Of a stretch of DNA of 64,000 nucleotides, positions 27,641 through 39,300 are shown in pieces. The DNA lies in assembly GCF_006345805.1 (NCBI RefSeq), contig NC_043001.1, forward strand, positions 125,984,001-126,048,000, read 5' to 3'. The position numbers and the translations under genes were made by a program. Position 1 is the stretch's first letter. Each line of letters starts with the position of its first letter. The notes under the pieces are model-generated. The model saw only the letters and a program-made list of their open reading frames with translations, was not told the DNA's origin and searched no databases. Source of the stretch: Octopus sinensis (lineage: Eukaryota).

Positions 27641-28596
27641 CGTAGATCCTTCATGTAAAAAGACAAATAAAATTTCACTCTTATAGAAAAAAGTCAGGAT
27701 GGTCATAGTCAAAAGGCCGTTGATCATAAGAATGCTGGATCGGAACTAACACGGAGTTACACATCAACTGATAACTGTATACTTTTGAAACCATTCTACT
27801 AGATTGATTTTGATTTGTGCAGAAGCAGATGTCAGAATAAACAAGGTAAACAGATCTATATCACTTTTGAGAATGAGTATTCCAGTTGTTCGATCAACCT
27901 AATTGTCTATTCATTCAATTAACAGCATCAGTAGTTGGATATTTAGTGAGCATGTATCCTTAACGTAATCTGACAGCTGATTTCGTGAGAGACAATGTGC
28001 AACAAGGATGGTTTTATTTTGAATTACAATCCTTTGACAAAACTTTCACAGAGTTTCCGTCAACCCATTTTCACTCCGAAAGCATTAAGTCCACCTGAAG
28101 CTACAGGTTTGACGAAAACACTACGTAGTGGAAATGAACTCTTAAGGACCCTATGAATGTGAAGCGAAATATTTAACCACTCGGTCGTTCCTACATCCAC
28201 CTCTTTCTTTACTACCCACAAGGGGCTACACACAGAGGGGACAAACAAGGACAGACATAAGTATTAAGTCAATAACATCGACCCCAGTACGTAACTGATA
28301 CTTATTTAATCGACCCCGAAAGGATGAAAGGCAAAGTCGACCTCGACGGAATTTGAATTTTCATCCTTTCGGGGTCGATTAAATAAGTATCAGTTACGCA
28401 CTGGGGTCCATGTAATCGACTTAATACCTATGTCTGTCCTTGTTTGTCCCCTCTGTGTGTAGCCCCAAGCTGAGACTGTCTGATTACGGAAAGTATACAA
28501 GTGTCAGTCACTTAGCCAATTCAGTTGATTGAACTAGGATACTCATTGCCGAAACTGACGTAGTCATTTGTCGGAATTAAAATATATATATATTAC

Positions 28597-28792
28597 GGAG
28601 ATGTACTTGCATAGCAAGTGACCTGATCTGAGATCGTGTGCTGGAACGAAAACAATTGCAGCGTGGAAGGTGTTTATAAGCCATTTAAGAAACACACAAA
28701 AACCGTTCGATTCACTTCAACATTTAAATTTAATTTGCCAAAACATTTTCGTCGCTTTAAGACAGCGACTTGTTCACTGACAAAATTCCGTG
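28597..28792 (-). mobile_element. ~200-bp non-coding dispersed repeat carrying the variant hammerhead (putative Penelope-like non-autonomous element)
   Basis: Homologous copies at about 24531-24820 and 54349-54546. This copy is flanked by (TA)n on both sides. Confidence 0.6.
28734..28784 (-). ncRNA. Variant hammerhead motif (G3-C8 core), best-paired copy
   Basis: The minus strand reads TTTGTCA-GTGAACA-A-GTCGC(TGTCTTAAA)GCGAC-GAAA-ATGT-TT-TGGCAAA. Confidence 0.65.
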
Positions 28793-28857
<65 letters not shown>

Positions 28858-29722
28858 ATGTATGTGTACAGTTAAACGAACCACGAGAGGGCCCTTAACA
28901 TCGACCCTCAACCATAACTGCTCGATTCTTCGCTTTCTCTGTTTATATACAGTGAAATATTCTGCAGTAATTTTGTTGTCGAAATAAATTGATTGAATTG
29001 ACAAAAAAAAAAAAAAAACAAACAAAAAACAAAGAATCAAATTAAAATAAATATACACAGGGGCACGTGCTCACGTGATGTCATGACGCTAAATTTTTGC
29101 ACACAATTCCTTTACATACACCACCGCTTTCTCTCTACCCACCCTCATCACCTTCTTACACACACACACAATTTAATAAAATGTTTGTTTATCGCAATTT
29201 GCCGCTGGTTATTATGTAAATAAAACTGTCATGTGACCTCATTCACACACCGAACTGACGCAATGAAAACATATTTATTAATATCAAAACCAAATTGTAT
29301 GCATGTGCGCACACACACACATTCGTATATATACAACACACACACGCATTGTTGTCCAGTCTTGTTTCACAATTAACGCATCCACCAGTGCTTGTCAGTG
29401 TCCGATTTGCAAACGGCAAGATGTATATGCACTTAATAAGGAAATTCAAAAGTAGTAAAGTACGGTTTGTCGCTGAGTCCAACTGAGTCCAACAGGAAAC
29501 GTCGGGTTCCTGTGATTGCAGAATCTGTCGTATCCTTTCGAACCAACTACCACCACCACCACCACCATCGTCTTATTAACCATTGCTTTGCTTTTATAGC
29601 AGATGAGAGGCACCAAGTAGTAAGAAGGAAGGCTTCAAGTGAGAAACGATTGATACGAAAGTTGAAAATAGACGCTCAGTTATAAATAGTAGCATGCATA
29701 TATATATATATATATATATATA

Positions 29723-29850
29723 CAGGGTGTCCCAAAAAAATGTATACACACCTTAAATAATTGTAAATTTGTTATTCTTTGTAAGCCTAGTACTTATTCT
29801 ATCGTTCTCTTTTGCCGAACCACTATGTGTATACATTTTTTGGGGACACC

Positions 29851-29853
<3 letters not shown>
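29723..29853. mobile_element. Tc1/mariner-type MITE with 28-bp TIRs
   Basis: CAGGGTGTCCCAAAAAAATGTATACACA and its reverse complement (1 mismatch), with TA on both sides. Confidence 0.8.
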
Positions 29854-29891
<38 letters not shown>

Positions 29892-30837
29892 CATACACAG
29901 TTTGTTTATGTTTATTCGTATAGAAGCACAAGTGCTTTGATACACGTCTTGTAAAGGATCTGTGTGTATATATATATGTATATATATGAGTGTGTGTAAT
30001 TAGTGTCTTCTGATATATAGAGAAAATGCATGAATTAAATGTAACAGGATGCATATCCAAGAATGTCACACAAGCACGCAGAATCTGAAATAGTAATACA
30101 CATACACACACACGTGTGTGTGTGTATGTGTGTAATTATAGTCCATTGATATGTATAATTATACTCCATGGACTAAAAATATATATATATCTGTGTATGT
30201 ATATATGTACGTATATATTCATGTATATATGTGTGTGTGTGTGTGTATGTATATCTGTATAAATATATATGTATATAAATACGTGTTAGAATGCAAGGAT
30301 TTAATGTGCTAGTGTGCAAGATGTCAAGTATGCCACACACACACACCATAGATATAGCTAGTGTAAACAATGTTGAGTACAATTCTTCATCTGAACCAAA
30401 AAAAATTCTTCAAGTGAAAGTGTGAAGCCTCATCAGAATCAGCGTCCATCAACGTTTCAAAGGAAATTTGCTGACAAGGGTTCCACAATACCCAAACCCC
30501 AGCTTCATTTACAAACACTCGTCTTTGAGAAAACCCATATACATGGTTATATTAATCGATGTAGAGACAACGTTTTATACATAGGTATATGTGTGTGTAT
30601 ACTTTACATATATGCATGATTGATTGATTGATTGAAAGATAGATAGACGGATAGATGGATGGATGGATGAGAAAGAGATCACGTTTGAAGGATCACAGGT
30701 TGTGAGATGGCGGGAATCGGCCAACAGATTGATGAGTAATATTTCTCCCTATAGTACATCAATAACTGTATGTATGCATGTACTTATGTATTCATACAAA
30801 AAAAAAACACGCACTTAGAGACGTGTGAGTGTGTGTA

Positions 30838-30940
<103 letters not shown>

Positions 30941-31794
30941 TGCATATATGTGTGTGTGCGTGAACGTACGTAGTATGTGCAGGACGAAACATCGAAGTAA
31001 AAAACGGATCGACAGGTAAAGAGTTAATGCTGATTAGGTAGGTGAGGGATTCAAACGAAAATGTGAACCGAATAAATATTTACTACATAATGTTATCTCT
31101 CTCTCTCTCGAATATAACGTAAATGAGACCACACGACCAAAGAAGAACGAAAGAAGACAGAAGCAAAGAAGTCAGGATAGGGGATTAAAAAAATAAATAT
31201 AAATAATAACAATAATAATAATATTTCACAGTGCTATTCGAGCATTACTAAACAGGCGGAAGGAATGGGCAGTTGAGGAAGGAATACACGAACGAAAGAA
31301 GAAGCGAAAATTCAAAGCAAAACATTATAGCGTGTCCATTTGTCATTTGAAAAAAAAAATTAGAATGAATGAAAGTAAATAGCACAGGGAAAAAAAACAA
31401 CCATACACACAAGAATATATATATATATATATAATCATGACAGGTGTTTCAGGAGTTGCATTAACGGATATAATAATTTGCTGCATGACAATTGAAATGA
31501 AAAACTGATATTTATTATATCAGCTACAAACAAAATAGAACGGAACGTGTGTGTGTGTGTGTGTAAGTGTGCATATACAGATGTATATGTTCTTTATTTT
31601 TCCGTGTTGTTGTTTTAACATATTTATCATCATATAGGCTAATGTCGCAGCAGCTTAATTATCCCGACTTATCGCATCGTTAACTATTTATCGAGCACTT
31701 TGTGGTATTTATTGTGGTACTACCTCGGTTTTATTATTTGATCGGTCAGAATGTGTTGCATTCAAAGTGTGTCACTTGCTCTGTGTGTGTATGT

Positions 31795-31835
<41 letters not shown>

Positions 31836-32019
31836 TACACACAAATACATATACACAAACACATGTATGTTAAAAACTCGACCATTGTCTGGTCTTATGT
31901 TCATTGCCTTGTGTGTGTGAAAAAAGAATATGTACAAAATAAAACTGACAAAAGCCTAGGATTTGAAGCTTTTATATATACATAAAATACGTGTGCAATA
32001 TGTTAGTTTATAAAAATAC

Positions 32020-32316
32020 ATGCGCGTGTATATATATATACACACACATCTTTCTATTTGCCAGAGGCTGTTTCAATTACCACCAACATTGTCATCATCA
32101 TCACACACGCATGCATTCTACATACATATACATTATATACACACACACACATATATATATACACACATATATATACACACAATATATATATATATACACA
32201 TATATATATATACACACACACATATATACACACACACACACATATATATACACACAACACACACATATATATATACTCACACACACACATATATATACAA
32301 CACACACACACACAAC

Positions 32317-32396
<80 letters not shown>

Positions 32397-32489
32397 TCAT
32401 ATATATATATATATATACACACCACACACACATATATATATATATATATAATATACACACACACACATATATATATATATATACACACA

Positions 32490-32537
<48 letters not shown>

Positions 32538-32554
32538 CACACACACACATATAC

Positions 32555-32585
<31 letters not shown>

Positions 32586-32605
32586 CACACATATATATAT
32601 ATATG
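32020..32605. repeat. Compound (TA)n/(CA)n microsatellite
   Basis: Direct inspection. It is the source of several spurious ORFs. Confidence 0.95.
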
Positions 32606-33049
32606 TCACGATCCGAACGGAAAAGATGAAATAACTACACGAGGCAAAATTAAATAAACAAGGTCAATAAACATAACAATGAATGGAATCAAAATGTGAT
32701 GCTGAAATAATAATAACAAAGAAATATTTGAAATAAACAGGTAAACATGGAATTGGAGAAACAGACACAAAGGCTTTGTGTCATATACAAAGATTGTACA
32801 GGCTGGTATATTGGTATACTTATTACATATAGTCACATATACATATATTACACGAAGCCTTTGTGTGACAGGCCTAGTCTTATATATATATATATACACA
32901 CACACATTTATGTATATATTTATATACACACACACACATTCATGTATATATTTATATACAGAAACATACAAATATGCATCCATATATATGTATATACTAA
33001 GTCATATATTACAAAACCTTAGTAAAAATTACACTTTTATTGCAATTAT

Positions 33050-33069
<20 letters not shown>

Positions 33070-33089
<20 letters not shown>

Positions 33090-33675
33090 AAAGCAATATT
33101 TGTATATTTTGCTGTAACGACCAGGTTATTCATTTTGATGCAAGAAGCAACAAAGACAAATACTGCCATACATACATACATACATATATATATATATATA
33201 CACACAAATATACTAATATTTACATACAAATACACAGGTGCGTGTATACTAATTTGTAACACAAGGACACTTTCTCATTAAGGGAGAGGAAAATCGTAGT
33301 CAATTATATTGTCCCTCAGTATTCAGCTGGTACTTAACCATTTGCAAAATTTGAATTGTGTATGTTTGAGGGTATATGAGTCTATGTTAGTACGTTACGT
33401 AAAAATATAAGTAATAAATATTCACGTACAGATATACATGTTTAGATACATTGTTGACGTTAAGAAATAGTGTGTAAACATTTAATATACTAATACATAT
33501 ACAGAACCATGCACGTGTGTACACATATATGCAATATACTAACATTGTGTGTACGTGTGTGTAATTGCATGTATATTTCTTATACACACATAATACACTG
33601 ATAGTCACTTACAAATATTGATATATATATACATATATACACACACAATATACCAATATCTATCTGTAAATATTC

Positions 33676-33709
<34 letters not shown>

Positions 33710-33733
33710 ATAAACTAATAGTCACTTACAAAT

Positions 33734-33781
<48 letters not shown>

Positions 33782-34415
33782 AAGCAATATTTGTATATTT
33801 TGCTGTAACGACCAGGTTATTCATTTTGATGCAAGAAGCAACAAAGACAAATACTGCCATACATACATACATACATATATATATATATATACACACAAAT
33901 ATACTAATATTTACATACAAATACACAGGTGCGTGTATACTAATTTGTAACACAAGGACACTTTCTCATTAAGGGAGAGGAAAATCGTAGTCAATTATAT
34001 TGTCCCTCAGTATTCAGCTGGTACTTAACCATTTGCAAAATTTGAATTGTGTATGTTTGAGGGTATATGAGTCTATGTTAGTACGTTACGTAAAAATATA
34101 AGTAATAAATATTCACGTACAGATATACATGTTTAGATACATTGTTGACGTTAAGAAATAGTGTGTAAACATTTAATATACTAATACATATACAGAACCA
34201 TGCACGTGTGTACACATATATGCAATATACTAACATTGTGTGTACGTGTGTGTAATTGCATGTATATTTCTTATACACACATAATACACTGATAGTCACT
34301 TACAAATATTGAATATATATATACATATATACACACACAATATACCAATATCTATCTGTAAATATTCGATATATATATATATACACACACAATAAACTAA
34401 TAGTCACTTACAAAT

Positions 34416-34420
<5 letters not shown>
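33070..34420. repeat. Near-identical 691-bp tandem duplication
   Basis: Identical ORF translations at 33387-33608 and 34078-34299 (offset 691). Confidence 0.9.
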
Positions 34421-34459
<39 letters not shown>

Positions 34460-34800
34460 TACACACACAATATACTAATAGTCATTTACAAATATTGAAT
34501 ATATATATATACATATATACACACACAATATACTTATAGTCACAAATATTGAATATATATATATATATATATACATATATACACACACAATATACTAATA
34601 GTCATTTACAAATATTGAATATATATATATATACATATACACACACACACAATATACTACTAGTCATTTATAAATATTGAATATATATATACATATATAC
34701 ACACACAATACACTATTCATTTACAAATATTGACTATATATATACATATATACACACACACAATATACCAATATCTATCTATAAATATTCGATATATATA
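34320..34800. repeat. ~55-60-bp AT-rich minisatellite
   Basis: Repeated TATATACACACACAATATACTAATAGTCATTTACAAATATTGAA(TA)n. Confidence 0.75.
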
Positions 34801-34968
34801 TATACACTAATATTTATATACAAATATTCAATTTATATGTACATATATACAAACACCACACAGATATTAGCACAAGGTACTTGTACCATAGCACAAAGGG
34901 TATTTGTAAAAAAAAAAAGAACATTTAATTGAATAATAAAAGTGAACTAGTTGTCAGAATCCACTCAC

Positions 34969-35061
34969 CCAAAATATAACGTTGAAACCAAATACCAAGT
35001 ATTTTATGCAACAGCTCACTTCAGACCTGTCCCTCCGTGGCCGAGGTTTCCTTGGCATCAT
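34969..35061 (-). CDS. TSPAN5: First coding exon of a TspanC8 tetraspanin (TSPAN5/17-like)
   Basis: Manual translation gives MMPRKPRPRRDRSEVSCCIKYLVFGFNVIFW, matching the recalled TSPAN5 N-terminus EVSCCIKYFIFGFNVIFW. It ends at a canonical donor TGG|GTGAGT (34968-34963), and there is an in-frame TAA upstream of the ATG. The symbol marks the subfamily; exact orthology is not established. Confidence 0.9.
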
Positions 35062-35334
35062 TGCTGAAAATATGCCGATAACATCTACACCTGTTTCGCG
35101 TATATCCACCGGGAAGAAACATGTATCTTACAATCATCGCACCATTTTCTTCCCAACCTTCATACAAAGCAAAAGACAACACACACAAGAACTCAAAAAG
35201 CTCTCTCTCTCTCTCTCTCTCGGTAAAAAAAGCTACACAGCAACAACAACGGCAGCCAGTAACAATAACAGAACCGATAACAAGCAACGTTGGACTCAAT
35301 GTGCCACTGAAGTTTGACTTCCCTTACTTTCCAC

Positions 35335-35696
35335 CTCCTCCTCCTTTGTTTCACTTTCTCTCTCTCTCTCTCTAGCAATTCCCTTCTCTTGCCTTCACCT
35401 CCTCCTTTGTCTCACTCTAACTATCTTTGTGTCTTTCTATCTCTCTATCACTTTTGCTTTCTATCTCACTTTCTCTCTCTCTCTCTCTCTCTCTAGCAAT
35501 TCCTTTCTCTTACCTTCACCTCCTCCTTTGTCTCGCTCTATCTATCTTTGTGTCTTTCTATCTCTCTATCACTTTTGCTTCCTATCTCACTTTCTCTCTC
35601 TCTCTAGCAATTCCTTTCTCTGCCTTCACCTCCTCTTTGTCTCACTCTATCTATCTTTGTGTCTTCTATCTCTCTATCACTTTTGCTTTCTATCTC

Positions 35697-35729
<33 letters not shown>

Positions 35730-36070
35730 GCAATTCCTTTCTCTTGCCTTCACCTCCTCCTTTGTCTCACTTTATCTATCTTTGTGTCTTTCTATCTCTC
35801 TATCACTTTTGCTTCCTACCTCACTTTCTCTCTCTCTCTCTAGCAATTCCTTTCTCTTACCTCCACCTCCTCCTTTGTCTCACTCTATCTATCTTTGTGT
35901 CTTTCTATCTCTCTATCACTTTTGCTTTCTATCTCACTTTCTCTCTCTCTCTCTCTCTCTCTAGCAATTCCTTTCTCTTGCCTTCACCTCCTCCTTTGTC
36001 TCACTCTATCTATCTTTGTGTCTTTCTATCTCTCTATCACTTTTGCTTTCTATCTCACTTTTCTCTCTCT
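35335..36070. repeat. Pyrimidine-rich tandem repeat, 6 units of ~110-125 bp
   Basis: AGCAATTCC anchors at about 35374, 35495, 35606, 35730, 35842 and 35963, each preceded by a variable (CT)n. Confidence 0.9.
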
Positions 36071-36509
36071 CTCCCTACTACATTTTCTTACTCTTTCACT
36101 CATTTTCCTTTGTCTTCTCTGTCTCTATCACTCTTCTCTCTCTCAGTTTTTATTTCTCGGATACTCCTTGTTGCTTTTTTTCTTCTTCTCTTTTCATCAT
36201 TTACCCTTTCTCTTTCTCTTGCTTTTTGTTACTCTTTGACACTTCCCTCTGTTGTTTTCATATTGGTGAAATCGATTTTTTTTTTATCTAAAATATATTA
36301 TTTCTTTTTTTCTTTTAATTCTATATAAAAAAAAATATTTCTATTTCAAAATGAAATAAATCAAAATTGAATTAGTAAACCCGAAGCGAATTTTAAACAA
36401 TATTAAACAAAGGATTAGAAACTGGTGTTAATCATCAAAACATAAGAACGAGAGTATATTGAAATTTTCAGTTCATTGTCCTCTTTCTTTGTCTCACTCA
36501 CACTTTCTC

Positions 36510-36665
36510 TCCTACTCACTCTCTTTTTCATTTACAGTTTCTCTTCTCACTCTCTTTCATTTATGCTTTCTCTTCTCACTCTCTCTTTCATTTACGCTTT
36601 CTCTTCTCACTCTCTCTTTCATTTACGCTTTCTCTTCTCACTCTCTCTTTCACTTATGCTTTCTC
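36510..36665. repeat. ~28-30-bp pyrimidine-rich minisatellite
   Basis: TTCTCTTCTCACTCTCTCTTTCATTTA(T/C)GCT, about 5 copies. Confidence 0.8.
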
Positions 36666-37913
36666 CCCCAAGATACTCATAATCTCTATATCCCTTGCAT
36701 CCTGTATAAGTGTCGTCAATAAATGTTAACATCTATAAAGTTTATATTTGTTTATGCTGCATTCATTTAAATTGATGAAATAGCAGTTGATGTCGTGTTT
36801 AAAATGCTATCTATCAACAAGTCTTTGTCGAATACATCTTCTTCGTGCATCTGTTGCTGCTGAAGAACGTGGCAGTCAAATGGGGGGGGGAGAAAAACGC
36901 CATATTGAAACGAGATGCTGTTAAAACAGGCTGACTGCGCGAATATCCTTGTTATATTAAAGTTATAAATGAAACTGGAGATATTTTAAAGTTATTTTTC
37001 GGTTAGAGTACTTCGCAAAACATTTCTGTATAATATAAAGCTTGTAACATTCATTCTTTTTCAATGGTAACGAGATTATATCAGACAAATGTAAACAACA
37101 CCACGTGCACAGATGATACTCTTGACAACAAAGAAGGAAGAAATTTTATTGTTAATACTAATTTAAAATTCTTTCTTCATCTTAATATTTTGATACCATC
37201 CTATAAAAACTAATGTTAATTTCTACGATTCTTATTCAACACAATAAGCTTCGTCGTTTTCTCTTCAAAATATCGTCTGCCTTCATGTAATAGACAAAGC
37301 AAGTATTCATTTTTCTCGTTTTCTCTAAAATTTAGCAGCTGTCAATCTAAAATACAAAATCTCTAACATAAAAATTTAATTAATTTCCTTCGAAACAACA
37401 TATAAAGTTTGAAAGATTTTCGAATTTGTGCAGAACAACATTTAGTTTGAAATAAAGGCTACTTCGAGAGTAGCAGTTGATGTCATTTTCGAAATTTACA
37501 TTGAATGACGATTCCATTCTAAGGGAGATAATTTCTACAAAACTATGGGAAAACATTTTTAACGTCTCTACGGGTGATTTAATTGGGAACCGTTGAATTA
37601 ATATCTCCGCAATTCAATCCATATTAATATAGGTATTAAGAAAAAAAAAAACAACGAGATCTTTTCCTTTTGAACGGCACATGTCAACACAATTTCTAGT
37701 TAACTAAACACTTTTAAACTTCGTATACTGGTAGAATGTGTCAAAATAAAACATTTTTGTTTTCTCTTGGCTTTCTTGAGAAAATTGCAATTCGTTTGTT
37801 TAACGTAGTTTAATTTAAAATGATCTTTATGCATTTCTGTACATTTAAACTAATTAAATATTATTTTACAGAATAATAGAATTAAAATTTCTTTGATTAA
37901 AACTCTTTCTAAC

Positions 37914-39002
37914 ATGGAAGTATCCAAAGAGCATTTTAAGCATATAATGCTTTATGAATACAAAAAAGGAAACTCTGCAGTCAAAGCGACTCGAAACACA
38001 CTCAGTTTATGGGAAAGAATGCTTGAATGACAGAACTTGCAGAAGATGGTTTGCAAAATTCAGAAGTGGAGATTTCAGACTTGAAGATGAAGATCAAACA
38101 GGACGTCCATTTGAGTTTGATGATAAACTCCTTGAGGCATTACTTGAAGAAAACCCTTCATTATCAATTGAAGTATTGGCAATAAAGCTTAGTTCAAACC
38201 ATACAACTGTTCATCGTCATCTCAACAACTTGGATAGGTTCCTAAACTTAGAAAATGGGTGCCTCATGAATTGTCCAAAAGCTAGCACAAATCCCGAGTT
38301 GATATCTGCTCTTCTCTTCATTCTTGTGAACTCGTTTCACCCTTTTTGGATAGACTTGTGACTGGTGACGAAAAATGGATCTTCTATCGAAATGTTAAAC
38401 GTCGTAAACAGTGGCTTGGTAAAAGGGAAAAAGCTCAACCACAACCGAGAAGGGAACTTCATTGAAAAAAGGTTCTTTTCTCTATCTGGTGGGATTGCCA
38501 AGGAGTAATTCACTTTGAATTGTTACCACCTAATGCTCAAGTCTACTGTCAGCAATTAGAGGATTTGAACGAAGCTTTGAAGAAAAAAAGACCCGCTTTA
38601 GTGAATTGAAAAGGAATGATGTTTCATCAGGACAATGTGTGACCCTACACTGCAAAGATCACATCACAGATCGAAGAGCTTGGTTGGGAAAAAATTTCTT
38701 CATCCGCCTTATTCTCCCAACCTTGCTTCTTCAGAGTACTATTTGTTTCATAGTTTACAGAATCATTTGGGGGACATAACTTTCGCAAGCCAGGAGGAGG
38801 TAGAAACTGATATTTCAAAGTTCTTCGCTTTGAAACCAAAAGAGTTTTACATTGATAGGATTAAAAAGCTTGTAAATAGATGGAAGGAAGTCATAAATTA
38901 TCAGGGAAAGTACATTGATGATTAAATTTCAATTAAATATAACATTTGATCACTTGTTTTCTTTATTCAAAATTCGGACAGAACTTATGGGATGACCTGA
39001 TA
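37914..39002 (+). mobile_element. Decayed mariner transposon (transposase pseudogene + right TIR)
   Basis: Across frameshifts and stops it reads MEVSKEHF..., CRRWFAKFRSGDF.LEDE.TGRP, WVPHEL, LVTGDEKWI, HQDN, HPPYSPNLA.SEY, RWKEVI..QGKYIDD. A TIR-like end CGGACAGAACTTATGGGATGACCTGA lies at about 38975-39001. I did not see the left TIR. Confidence 0.92.
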
Positions 39003-39300
39003 CTTGGTCAAAATTAAAGAAAATATTGTTTTGTAGAATAAATTGAGGGTCTTCAATAATAAATTGTCTTTGCATGTGAATTATGTTAGTTTAGTAGGGA
39101 CTGTCTTATTGAAAAAGTGTGTAGGAATTAACACAGTTGATATAGTGAGCTACTTCAAGTTTCATGCTTGAATAGTGCAGTAATCATGTTACCATGCTCC
39201 ACTTGATGTGCAACACTAATGTGCAAGAGCAAATTAGGCATAAGAGAAATCAGATGTAACACACAAGAGAAAAGAGTACACTGGTTTGGTGATATGATGT

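Noticed and set aside
30380-30550. Minus-strand open frame (YGFSQRRVFVNEAGVWVLWNPCQQ...) as a possible tetraspanin exon
   Set aside because: It has no similarity to tetraspanin exon 2 or 3 and no convincing splice sites.
30705-30713. YY1-like AGATGGCGG as an antisense promoter
   Set aside because: It is an imperfect single motif with no supporting exon or splice signal.
31991-32657. ORFs rich in Y/I/T/H/V/C (also at 23.5-24.6 kb, 12.5-13 kb and 35.4-36.3 kb)
   Set aside because: They are artefacts of TA/CA/GA microsatellites and low-complexity tracts.
37954-38925. Mariner ORFs as a domesticated SETMAR-like gene
   Set aside because: There are multiple stops and frameshifts, a degenerate third catalytic motif, and no SET-domain exon nearby.
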